64,000 bases of DNA from Lytechinus pictus (lineage: Eukaryota), in assembly GCF_037042905.1 (NCBI RefSeq), contig NC_087252.1, forward strand, positions 3,226,001 to 3,290,000. Direction: 5' to 3'. The notes under the pieces are model-generated. The model saw only the letters and a list, made by a program, of their open reading frames with translations, made no database searches and was not told the origin of the DNA. The position numbers and the translations under genes were made by a program. This document shows, in pieces, positions 39,143 through 51,292 of the stretch. The stretch's first letter is position 1. Each line of letters opens with the position of its first letter.

Positions 39143-40455
39143 CAGTGGCGTAGCTACGGGGGGGGGGCACGTGCCCCCCCCCCCCCTGAGATTTGGTGTG
39201 CCCCCCAGAAAAAAATTGGCAGAGCAAAAAAAAAAGGGGGGGAGAAAGATGAAAAGAAAAAGGAAAAGAAGAATAAAGACAGGATAAAAAAAGAAGAGGA
39301 AAAAAGGGGAAGAAGGCGAGTGAATGAAATAATGTGAGGGAAAAATCTTTCATGTTACTATATAAGATTTTTGCTTGCGCTTCGCGCCAGAATTGCCTGT
39401 TCGATGAGATTCATTTCTTGCTCAATAGGCTGATATGGAGCAAGTTTTGAAGTCAATATACAAAACATATTTTAGCTCGGGACTTCGTTTGATCTTTCTT
39501 GATTTTTTTTCATTTACAAATTTAAGTGCTCTGTGAAATGTCCGTTTTATGGTCTACATATCAGCATTTTAAGTTCACGCGGCGTGGTCACATTGTTGGA
39601 TTTGCCAAGTTCATAATGTCTACGTGTATTCCATAGTGTTCCATTAAACAAATGTATTCAGAATGCCCAGATTCTAGGTCTAAATCTAAAACATGCGCGA
39701 TAGCCTGCATGTTCTTTATTTAAAATGTACGTAAATTATCAGGTTTTACATCAGAATAACAATAATTGTCTGCTCACGCTTCACGATCGCATTGTTAATG
39801 ATACCCAATTAATTACACCTTTTTATGATTACAAAAATTAATAGAGTGTCCTGCTTTTAGGTCTAAAATCTCAATTTTCTTCCTCTCGCGCTCGCATCAA
39901 TTGTTTAGTTACATACCTTTCCCATTTATTAATACAAAAAGTGCTTAGAATTATCATTTTTTAGGTCGGAATGTCAAAAATTGCTAGCGCTTCGCGCTCG
40001 CATTATTGAAATATATACCGTCTTCGTGGGTAACTGGAAGCAGTCCTTAACAGGTCCCTTTGCGATAATGCTAGAACAGTTAATACAAATTTCTGCTCGT
40101 GCTTGGCGTTTGCAGTAACCATCTAGTTACATACGAATCTTGTTCAGGATCACACAAACCATTGCCCATAATTTTTTTTTAAATCGCTCGCGCTTCGCGC
40201 TCACACTTTTTATAAGGCTTATGAGATTATTTCATATTTATGTCGTTTTATAAGAGTAAAACTAAGAAGTGACTGATCGGGGAAAATATAGGTGAAGATA
40301 ATTTCGGGCCCCGTCCCCTATTGGCGAAAGTCCGATCCGCCCTTGTGACACATACACACACACCAGAAAAAAATGGCCGGTGCCCCCCCCCCCTCCTGAA
40401 AAAGCAAGGACCCCCCAGTGCCCCCCCCAGGAAAAAAATCCTACCTACGCCACTG
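39143..40455. mobile_element. Non-autonomous hAT element
   Basis: TIR CAGTGGCGTAG / CTACGCCACTG; 8-bp TSD CAGTGCAT at 39135-39142 and 40456-40463. Confidence 0.9.
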
Positions 40456-43364
40456 CAGTGCATGGAACGTATTCTAACGTCAGGCACAAACTAACGTCAG
40501 TGATCTTGATCCCCGTCTTCACCCCAAATTAAGGATTTCTTAGCTGAAAAAAAAATTGACAAGCAAAAAAAAAAAAAAAAAAAGATCTTCACGTTCAAAA
40601 GAAGGGACATAAGTATTTTTTGGTTGCATTTTGACATTACAAATTATTATTTTTGCTCCTCAAAGGGGGGGGGGGGGGGCTCGCCCCCTGGATCAGTTGT
40701 AAATCGTCAGGGGGCAATCTGCCCCCCCCTCCCCCCTTTGGTACACTAGTTGTTCCATGCTGATACAGCGTAGATCAGAGTCTAGATCTAGAGACTAGAC
40801 TAGAACTAAGATATTTTTTAGATCTAGGACTGGTTCTGTATACGGACTAGACGTATTAAACCATGGTAAATAAAATCAAACGTAAAATTAAGTTCGGAAT
40901 TGACCGGTTCGAAGTTAACCATGGCATTATTCGGCTATTACTATTAGTATTAGGCATTAGACAGGTCCAGATTTGAGGTAAAGTTAATGCGCTAGCCTAA
41001 GCTAGCCCTAGCCTAGCACATGTCTTGCCATTAATGGCAGCTAGTTTGATAAGTGTTTAAGAATTGGAGATATATATATATATATATATCTAAGCCTATA
41101 AGGCCTGTGTAATTTGACGATGCTAATTCATTCTGAGCAACGTGAATGCTTACGACCGGTGTAGCGGCGGATTTGGTTCACCGGCGGATACCGTATCCGC
41201 CGGCAGATATGGTTCTAAATGGCCGATATCGTTTTTAATTGGAACCATATCCGCCGGGTTTGACGCGGCTTGATGTTTGCAGATTTGGTTCCTCGGCGGA
41301 TTTGGTTCTATTGACTATACGTTTAATATTGATTTGGACCGACAACCTCGACAGCGCGCGCATGTGCGGCTCTGCAGGCAATGTCGATCGCAATGGGGGG
41401 GGGGGGATTTTCGTCCGCCTTTAGTGAATTCTTATTCAGGGGCGGATCCATACAGCTTTTGACAAAGGGCTCGATGGGGATGAGGATTAATAGGAGAAAT
41501 GATGTCTCGATATTTCATTTATTACATAGACCTGGCACATACGCCAAAACTATGCTATTTATAATTATAAGATTTTGATGACATTTTCATCATTTTATTT
41601 TGTGAATTTTTATACTATTTTCAGTCCGCAGTATGCATCGATCTCTTTAACTGTGCTTTTTCACACCATGTTTAGTGTCAGTTTGCCAGACTGTTTGGCG
41701 AAAATGTGCACCCCATATAGGCCTATAGGTTTTTTTTAAACTACAAATGTTTAGAAAAAAATCAACTAGTTAAAACTTCATATTTCAAAATAAATGATGC
41801 AAATTATGTATGAAAATATGTTTTGCTGTAAACTCATATCATTGCTTGTAGAATGCTAATTTTTGGTAAAAACATAAATTTGATATTTCTAACAAACATC
41901 AAAAAAAGAATGTCAAAACGTAATCAACTTCTTATGTAGTTTATTGTAAGCCTATTTTTAATTTTTCATGTATTAAAAAAAACATTTTTTTTTTCAATAT
42001 TAAGGAAACTGAATTAATTAAAGGGGACCGGAAGTTCACCCTGACAAAAGTTAGATACGCCACGTTTGGTGCTTCCTAATTTACCTCTCAGTCATCAAAT
42101 TTTAAGATCAATATGGGATCTTTAGTGAAATATAATTTCTCCTTTATATCTTTTGTTTCTCATTATACCCCTCCTGGTTTTCATTTCTTTATTTGTTTTG
42201 CCTTTCATTCTATCCCTGCTAATTTCGCCCCTTTTGCCTCTTTTCCAGTTTCGTAACCTTTCTGGCACATTATGAATAATATATCTGGGGCGTATACGCG
42301 TGGGTAATATAGCACCAAAAAGAAGAAAGAGGAAGGGGAGGGAGAGAAAATTAAAAAAAATATACGAGAAAATGTGGAGGAAATAATAGTAATACATTGG
42401 AATTTCGTAAATCAAGATTTTCATTTGCAGTGATCATTATTCACACTTCCCTTTAGAAAGCTTATTACAGAATACTGATTTTAATTATCGAAACTGCCAT
42501 TGTTTGCCTTCATTTAATACTCTGTATTAATCATATTAATTGATGCATCTTGTGCCCAATTTATCCCTAAAATTGTGATAAGAAGGATTTTTCATACTGC
42601 AATAAATTAATAGGTATGAAATGAATTAACAAATGCATGTTATTTGAATACAAGCATTATCTTGGGGGAAAATTCTTTGTATACTAGTAGTGCAGCAGAC
42701 ATTGACAATTGAATGAAGACTAAATGTGGACTATTTAAAGACCCAGACCAGACCCCAAAATTTAATTGACAAATCAGACAAATCGAAAGCTATTAATTTA
42801 AACTAAAAACAGAAATGCAAGTTTCATGCAGTCATCGCTTACAGCTGAATATTTTGCTTAAGAATAACTCCAATTATCGGGTTTCGAAAATGCTTTCATC
42901 GGCCTCGCAATGTTAGAAGTGGTGAAATTCCATAGAGTTGTAACAAGAAAATGCGTTATTTTCTTCTTTCAGATTACGCATTTTATTTTTTCACTCTTAT
43001 CACATAGAGATAACATAAATATCATTTTCTGCAAGCTTTAATTGATGAAATCTACCGCTTTTGACTAGTTTTCTCGTACCAAGTGACGTATGTGAATGAA
43101 GGATATCGCGATAGCGCAAGAACGATATCTTCCGAAGAGAGTGGTACTGAATCCGCCAGAGTAGAACACGATCCGCCGGCGGATTTGGTGTCTAGAACAG
43201 TATCTGCCAGGCGCAGGATCCGACGGTACACCGGCACTGGTCGAGGCAAAGTCCACGCGCATGCGTACTCTTAATCCGAAGACGCAAGTCATGAATATTC
43301 ATATGTTGGTCCAGAACTCGGTGGGAAAAATAATTTCGCGGACCGGGTTCTGGAGACTGCAAGA

Positions 43365-46300
43365 CGGCAGATGGCTACCCCGACAAGGCCCGGTTCCGCC
43401 ACAATATCATCTTTGACATGCTATGTCATTTGCAGGTCTTGCTAAATTGTGAAGTATATTACATCTTCTTTTGCATCATGCTCGATAGATTAGGATTTTT
43501 TTTCGAGCAGAAAGTTTAGAGTGGAAGTTTGTCCCTTTCTGATTGGACACTATGGTATCACATCCTTATTGTCTGTACACAGCCAGCATTTTTCTCCCAG
43601 CTTTAATTTCAAACCTTTAATGTGAGTTACTTTTCCATAAAACTTGTAAACCCAAAAGGAGAGCAGTAGAAAAACAAAAATGACAGTGTCGTCAGAGAAA
43701 AAAGTAATATACATGCATGCTTCTACCATGTCTACTAAGTTCAGAAGATATCTGATAGTACTCGGAACAGGACATTGCCCGTATTTGCTCATGACACAGT
43801 GGTTGCTCCTAATTAATTACAAGAACTTGCTTGTCCATGCAATTCAGTGTCACCATTTTATCTATGGCTTAATGCAGTTGCTGCCCAGCCGTCAAATCAT
43901 ATCATAATTAATACTTAAAATGTTAAGCGAAGTAACACAGCTATGAGAGATATGTTATGGGAGATTTACGAGGAAGGTTGGTTGCAAAGGAATGGGACAG
44001 ATGGTAGTATAGAGAGGAACATGGTGTAAAATGTAGGTTTCGCCTTTGTAATTCCGAAGGTTCGTGATTCCGAATCACGTATATTGCCTATAGATTCGTT
44101 AATCCGAAAAAGAAAAAGGGCTCGTTAATCCGAATATTTGTGGCGTTATTGCGAAGGTTCGTTAATCCAAAAACAATATAGGAATAAGTATTCCGAGGGT
44201 TCGTTATTCCAAAAACGAAATAAGGCTCGTTATTCCGAAAATGAAATAAGGTTTGTTAATCCGAAGGTTCATAAGTCAGAAAGCGAAAAAAGGCTCGTTA
44301 TTCCGAAGGTTCGTTAGTCCGAAAATGAAATAAGGTTCGTAATTCCGAAGATTCGTTGTTCCGAAAATGAAATAAGGTTTGTTAATCCGAAGGTTCATTA
44401 GTCAGAAAGCGAAATAAGGCTCGTTATTCCGAAGGTTCGTTAATCCGAAAATGAAATAAGGTTCGTAATTCCGAAGGTTCGTTGTTCCGAAAAATGAAAC
44501 AATCTGTGGTTATGTGGGTGGGAGGGCAGGGGTGCGACGGAACGCATTTCCCTTGGGGGAGCTAAAAGGGGAATTATTATGTCAAAATGATCTCTTTGGA
44601 GATATTTCACCATGAGATTATCATCTGTGTGATATCGTTGTGTGTTTTGTTGTAATCAAGTTGAGCAAAGCCTTTTTGAAGGGATTTTTGATCATTATTG
44701 TATATTTTTGGGACATTTCAATAAAAATGAAAATAAGACATTCCGAGCAGTTTTCGTAATCATAAAAACTTTTATGATATTCCAAACTGAAAAAAATGGA
44801 CTATCTTAGCATTGTTATAAACAGAAAAAAGGTGAGTACCTTAATTACCGCCCTTTCACACGAAAAAAAAATTATTTGAATGATGATTCCAGTGAAAAAT
44901 ACGGCTTGTGACGAATATTTAGCACGTGTGAAACCAAACTAGAACATGATTAGAATCATGAACGCAATCACAGTCACGATAAGAATAGCAATCATCATTA
45001 CAATAATGATTCAAGATTCTCGAGTGAAAATGCCCTAATGCGAACGCGAAGCGCGAGCAAAAAAAATAAAAAAGAGTATTAATATTGAAAACTGAACATT
45101 AATTTTCCAAATAAGCATTTGTTTTTTGAAAAAGTGCATTTTTCCTACGGGGATTTTTATTTCTTCAGTAGAAGATATTAAAATGACACATCCTCCCCTA
45201 TAAATCCCTTATCTGGAGGTTATTTCGTTTTCGGATTAACGAACCTTCGGAATATTCCAATCTTCGGAACAACGAATGTAACCCAAAATGTTTCATTTGT
45301 ATAGATTATTTTGAATCACATGCATTGCTTGATACCCCAAAATATATGTTACACTTTTTGTTTATTTGACCTTTAATGAGCGTAAATTACTACAAGGTGA
45401 TCTCTATATGTGTTTTCCCCTACCTTTTAAATGTGCATTCCATTTTCAATAAGCTTGAATTTTATACCAAACATGACATGTTTATCCAGTACACTAAATA
45501 AACCTTAATTAAGAGATTGGCCTATGTGAAAGGGGGGGGGGGTGGATTATGACGTCAGGAAATGACATTGATGACATTGCCTAATGATGACAAAGTAGCC
45601 CCTGTCAGAATATACACATCCTCAACATAACTCTCAGCGAAATATACTAATGCCCAACTTATTTGTGTTCCAAACATGATATATTCTGCATTGTATGTTG
45701 CATTATTTACATTTGTGACCCATTTTGACACTGTATGACCTTGAATGCACTGGAAACGTTTTAAATGCCTTGTGATTATAATTTCCGCATTTGATTTTGG
45801 ATTTGCTTTAATATCAAACATGATATGTTTATTCCACTCAGTAGAAAAGTAATACTCTAGAGAAATATAGGAAAGGTGTTACCAAAGCAAATTATGATCA
45901 AATTTGTTGCATTTTGGAATTGTTAGGTATCACAATTAATTGCAGACACAGAAGCAAATGCTCATATTATTTTATCGGCAGATGGCTACCCCGACAAGGC
46001 CCGGTTCCGCCACAATATCATCTTTGACATGCTATGTCATTTGCAGGTCTTGCTAAATTGTGAAGTATATTACATCTTCTTTTGCATCATGCTCGATAGA
46101 TTAGGATTTTTTTTCGAGCAGAAAGTTTAGAGTGGAAGTTTGTCCCTTTCTGATTGGACACTATATTGTCTGTACACAGCCAGCATTTTTCTCCCAGCTT
46201 TAATTTCAAACCTTTAATGTGAGTTACTTTTCCATAAAACTTGTAAACCCAAAAGGAGAGCAGTAGAAAAACAAAAATGACAGTGTCGTCAGAGAAAAAA

Positions 46301-48572
46301 GTAATATACATGCATGCTTCTACCATGTCTACTAAGTTCAGAAGATATCTGATAGTACTCGGAACAGGACATTGCCCGTATTTGCTCATGACACAGTGGT
46401 TGCTCCTAATTAATTACAAGAACTTGCTTGTCCATGCAATTCAGTGTCACCATTTTATCTATGGCTTAATGCAGTTGCTGCCCAGCCGTCAAATCATATC
46501 ATAATTAATACTTAAAATGTTAAGCGAAGTAACACAGCTATGAGAGATATGTTATGGGAGATTTACGAGGAAGGTTGGTTGCAAAGGAATGGGACAGATG
46601 GTAGTATAGAGAGGAACATGGTGTAAAATGTAGGTTTCGCCTTTGTAATTCCGAAGGTTCGTGATTCCGAATCACGTATATTGCCTATAGATTCGTTAAT
46701 CCGAAAAAGAAAAAGGGCTCGTTAATCCGAATATTTGTGGCGTTATTGCGAAGGTTCGTTAATCCAAAAACAATATAGGAATAAGTATTCCGAGGGTTCG
46801 TTATTCCAAAAACGAAATAAGGCTCGTTATTCCGAAAATGAAATAAGGTTTGTTAATCCGAAGGTTCATAAGTCAGAAAGCGAAAAAAGGCTCGTTATTC
46901 CGAAGGTTCGTTAGTCCGAAAATGAAATAAGGTTCGTAATTCCGAAGATTCGTTGTTCCGAAAATGAAATAAGGTTTGTTAATCCGAAGGTTCATTAGTC
47001 AGAAAGCGAAATAAGGCTCGTTATTCCGAAGGTTCGTTAATCCGAAAATGAAATAAGGTTCGTAATTCCGAAGGTTCGTTGTTCCGAAAAATGAAACAAT
47101 CTGTGGTTATGTGGGTGGGAGGGCAGGGGTGCGACGGAACGCATTTCCCTTGGGGGAGCTAAAAGGGGAATTATTATGTCAAAATGATCTCTTTGGAGAT
47201 ATTTCACCATGAGATTATCATCTGTGTGATATCGTTGTGTGTTTTGTTGTAATCAAGTTGAGCAAAGCCTTTTTGAAGGGATTTTTGATCATTATTGTAT
47301 ATTTTTGGGACATTTCAATAAAAATGAAAATAAGACATTCCGAGCAGTTTTCGTAATCATAAAAACTTTTATGATATTCCAAACTGAAAAAAATGGACTA
47401 TCTTAGCATTGTTATAAACAGAAAAAAGGTGAGTACCTTAATTACCGCCCTTTCACACGAAAAAAAAATTATTTGAATGATGATTCCAGTGAAAAATACG
47501 GCTTGTGACGAATATTTAGCACGTGTGAAACCAAACTAGAACATGATTAGAATCATGAACGCAATCACAGTCACGATAAGAATAGCAATCATCATTACAA
47601 TAATGATTCAAGATTCTCGAGTGAAAATGCCCTAATGCGAACGCGAAGCGCGAGCAAAAAAAATAAAAAAGAGTATTAATATTGAAAACTGAACATTAAT
47701 TTTCCAAATAAGCATTTGTTTTTTGAAAAAGTGCATTTTTCCTACGGGGATTTTTATTTCTTCAGTAGAAGATATTAAAATGACACATCCTCCCCTATAA
47801 ATCCCTTATCTGGAGGTTATTTCGTTTTCGGATTAACGAACCTTCGGAATATTCCAATCTTCGGAACAACGAATGTAACCCAAAATGTTTCATTTGTATA
47901 GATTATTTTGAATCACATGCATTGCTTGATACCCCAAAATATATGTTACACTTTTTGTTTATTTGACCTTTAATGAGCGTAAATTACTACAAGGTGATCT
48001 CTATATGTGTTTTCCCCTACCTTTTAAATGTGCATTCCATTTTCAATAAGCTTGAATTTTATACCAAACATGACATGTTTATCCAGTACACTAAATAAAC
48101 CTTAATTAAGAGATTGGCCTATGTGAAAGGGGGGGGGGGTGGATTATGACGTCAGGAAATGACATTGATGACATTGCCTAATGATGACAAAGTAGCCCCT
48201 GTCAGAATATACACATCCTCAACATAACTCTCAGCGAAATATACTAATGCCCAACTTATTTGTGTTCCAAACATGATATATTCTGCATTGTATGTTGCAT
48301 TATTTACATTTGTGACCCATTTTGACACTGTATGACCTTGAATGCACTGGAAACGTTTTAAATGCCTTGTGATTATAATTTCCGCATTTGATTTTGGATT
48401 TGCTTTAATATCAAACATGATATGTTTATTCCACTCAGTAGAAAAGTAATACTCTAGAGAAATATAGGAAAGGTGTTACCAAAGCAAATTATGATCAAAT
48501 TTGTTGCATTTTGGAATTGTTAGGTATCACAATTAATTGCAGACACAGAAGCAAATGCTCATATTCTTTTAT
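43365..48572 (+). repeat. Near-identical 2.6-kb tandem duplication (43365-45975 and 45976-48572)
   Basis: Identical ORFs offset by 2597 bp; copy 1 has 14 extra bp near 43554-43567. Confidence 0.95.
44035..45284. mobile_element. TIR element with 42-bp subterminal repeats (short-array copy; duplicated at 46632-47881)
   Basis: 7-bp TSD AAAATGT; the left end is the reverse complement of 63160-63307. Confidence 0.75.
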
Positions 48573-48882
48573 CAAATTATGGTTCAATATAAATTTTCCA
48601 AATTGGATGAAACGTAAAGGGAATTATACATAAAATTAAAAGTGTGGTGTGTTCCTCGGTAAAAAAATAGTTGTTTTGTCATGCTTCTCACTTTCCGCCC
48701 TTTCAGACAGTACAAAATCGTAATTTTAATGATGATTCCAGTGCAAAAATAAGGTTAATAACGCGTTTTCAGCAAACTAAAAAATGATGAGAATCACGAA
48801 CGCTAATCACAACCACGAATTCAAATTATACTCCGGAAGTGAATTCTAGTTAAGTTTCACACAAATTACGGTAAGAATTTTG

Positions 48883-49184
48883 ATAATAATAATAATAACA
48901 AAATAGAGTATTTCTAAAGCGCCAAATCCACATTGATTATGTGCTTAAAGGCGCTGAAATATACTTGGTATATTATTATCACCCCGGCTGTAGCTGAGCG
49001 GCCATATAGGCGCTAAAGCATTCAAGGAATAAATCCTACCGGGTACCCATTCACCACACCTGGGTCGATTGCAGCACAATGTGGATAAATTTCTTGCCGA
49101 AGGAAATTACGCCATGGCTGTGGTTCGAACCCACAACCCTCTGTTTCAAAGTCCAAAGACTAATCCACTGGGCCACAACGCTCC
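48883..49184 (-). mobile_element. tRNA-derived SINE (SINE2 type)
   Basis: Head GGAGCGTTGTGGCCCAGTGGATTAG...GGGTTCGAACC, central TGAATGGGTACCCGG, (ATT)n tail. Confidence 0.9.
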
Positions 49185-49314
49185 ACATTTTGCGTGTAAA
49201 AGGCTTGAACTCCCAAAACATTATACTCTGACCGTCATTAGTTGTGCTACCTTACATTTCCCCAAAGCACCAAATGTTATCACCTATAAGTTTCATTACA
49301 GTAGAGTCTTTTAC

Positions 49315-49400
49315 CATTTACAGTCAAGATGGTTCTACATTCCACGATATCTTAATGATAAATCACACGGAGATATTCGCATTCATCCGTAAACGAAACA
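49315..49400 (-). pseudogene. Pseudo-exon fragment paralogous to the 3' half of the first Ig exon
   Basis: VSFTDECEYLRVIYH*DIVECRTILTVN with G|gtaaaa donor, versus VSLADESEYDLVVRYPDYTEECITILTVN. Confidence 0.75.
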
Positions 49401-49543
49401 TTGAATTATAATTTGATGAAAAACTATGAGCATTTTGCTTCTGTGTCTTACTACTCTGACCGCAATTAATTGTGATGCCTAACAATTCCAAAAAGCAACG
49501 AATTTTATCATAATTTGCTTGATTGCAACAGAGAGTGTTTTAC

Positions 49544-49828
49544 CATTAACAGTCAAGATGGTTATACATTCCTCAGTGTAGTCAGGATAACGCACAACAA
49601 GATCATATTCTGATTCATCCGCCAACGAAACATCCCATATTGTTAGATAAGAACCGATTACCGAAGCATCTCCGTCACATGGGGTGCATTTTTCGATGTA
49701 ATTGAATAAAATTTTCGAGTCGTAATTCCGCTTCAATGTTATATGCACTCCATAGGTTAGGTTGATTTGCATACACCGTAGATTGACGTCATCTCCAGCA
49801 GTTACGGATTTGTATTCACGTTTTACAT
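49544..49828 (-). CDS. IgSF receptor coding exon 2 (atypical V-like Ig domain)
   Basis: 285 bp, phase 1-1, ttttttattcaag acceptor and gtaaaa donor; GDDVNLRC...SYLTIWDVSLADESEY...ILTVN; joins the next exon as LTVN-VPAK. Confidence 0.85.
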
Positions 49829-51243
49829 CTTGAATAAAAAAAATAATCAATTTCTTCCTATTATTAGTAAATTGCATAAAACTCCAAGTATATAGTGATC
49901 ACTATCATTAGTTACCCGTACGGAGTACATGGAGTATGTAGCCGCATGATATATACTTCATATACATTCCTATAGTACAACTAATCATATAGGATCGAAT
50001 AATAATACACTGTAAAAATAAAGGCTTATTTCAGATAGAAATGCATATATTACATTTAAATGTACTCAACACATATTGTTTAAATTTTGGAGGTTTAGAT
50101 AAATAACAAGATGAGTACATTTTAATAATATTTTATAGGTATCCACTGCTCATGATTATTTTTATTCGTTAATGAATACAATATTTGCCAATATAAATAA
50201 TAATATGTGTCTGTTATGGTGGCAAGCATTCCTGTGTATTTATTTTTTTTTATAACGGTTGAATTGACATCTAATTAAAATCAATCAAAATTAACATTAT
50301 TTATCAAAACGTATATTTATCAACAGATCAAGACTCTCCTAAACCATATGGGCCTTGATAAGAGATTGGCTATGTGGTTGACCCAAATATGATTGATTCA
50401 GTTGAATACTTTTTGAAAATCAATTCTTTATTCATTCAAATTCAAAGAGGTAAAAAACATATGCACAATGCAAACAATTATTAGAAGTGCCAAAAATACT
50501 GCAAGATAACATCATGTCATGAATATGCTATACATTGCCTTGATTACATATTATCATTGAATGAAAAAAAACTTATAAAAGCAAAGAGGTCTTGTGAAAA
50601 ATATGTTCTGTAAAAGAAATTAAGATACGTATTATATGGTAACTTTATCTCTTGCCTCCCAAATGCCTGTGAAAACATATTGACAACTCTCTCGGACTGG
50701 CATGTCAAGTCGCTTATATTTATATTTCATGCGTTCATGACAATTAATAGGCTAAAATATGCGTACAAATATACATCGCTAGAGTGAGCCTACAAATAAA
50801 CTGTAGAAGCAGTACAAATAGCTTTTTCTCTGAAAAGGTTTATTCTGTATTGAAGGGGGGGGGGGTGATGGATCGATTTTTTTAGGGGGTAGGGCAAATT
50901 GGACATTTCGAGTCTATTGGGGTGATATCGGGGCACTTTTTCTTAACTTTGGAGGGATAAAGGATCACACACTCCTTTTACTATCTCCGGCACAGTTTCA
51001 TGTGTGAAAACTAGTGTAAATTATCTTATATCTTGAAAAGTAAGAATTGTGAAAAAGAAGAAGAAATTGTGCAGATTGCTAAAAAGAAAATTAGCCCTTC
51101 TTCCTACAATGATATAGTTGAATTATTTAAGAACTGTCACATTTTACTGTTTGCGATAATTATACATTTACTCATGCGAGAGAGAGAGAAAAAAAATGTC
51201 ATGCAAAATCTATGCACCATAACAACTACAATGACCTACTTAC

Positions 51244-51292
51244 CAACAGAGCAAGTTACGAATCCGATTATGAAAATATACAATTTCCACAT
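51244..51292 (-). CDS. IgSF receptor first coding exon (signal peptide)
   Basis: atcATG TGG AAA TTG... gives MWKLYIFIIGFVTCSV, then G|gtaagt (phase 1). An upstream acceptor at 51339 suggests a further 5' UTR exon. Confidence 0.75.

Larger units (their letters stand above)
33096..41155. mobile_element. Unclassified long-TIR (about 600 bp arms) element inserted in the MULE TIR
   Basis: Ends TCGTAAGCATTCACGTT...AACGTGAATGCTTACGA flanked by CCGG (TSD length ambiguous). The right arm, about 40550-41155, matches the left arm once nested inserts are removed. Confidence 0.8.
32994..43339. mobile_element. Non-autonomous Mutator(MULE)-like element with nested insertions
   Basis: TIR GCGAAATTATTTTTCCCACCGAG... 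of more than 100 bp; 9-bp TSD GGACCGGGT, present once at the same position in the intact 5' LTR. Confidence 0.9.
29504..43403 (+). mobile_element. Non-autonomous Gypsy-derived LTR element, 3' LTR split by a MULE-like insertion
   Basis: 5' LTR 29504-29894 (TGTAG...CCACA); tRNA-Leu PBS TGGTGGCAGCGGTGGGAT at 29896-29913; PPT at 32647-32655; 3' LTR 32658-32993 plus 43340-43403; TSD ATAT; RNase H remnant EAEKNY at about 31140-31200. Confidence 0.9.

Noticed and set aside
43550..48418. Duplicated 75-100 aa ORFs
   Set aside because: Repeated only because of the tandem duplication; no recognisable domain or splice pattern.
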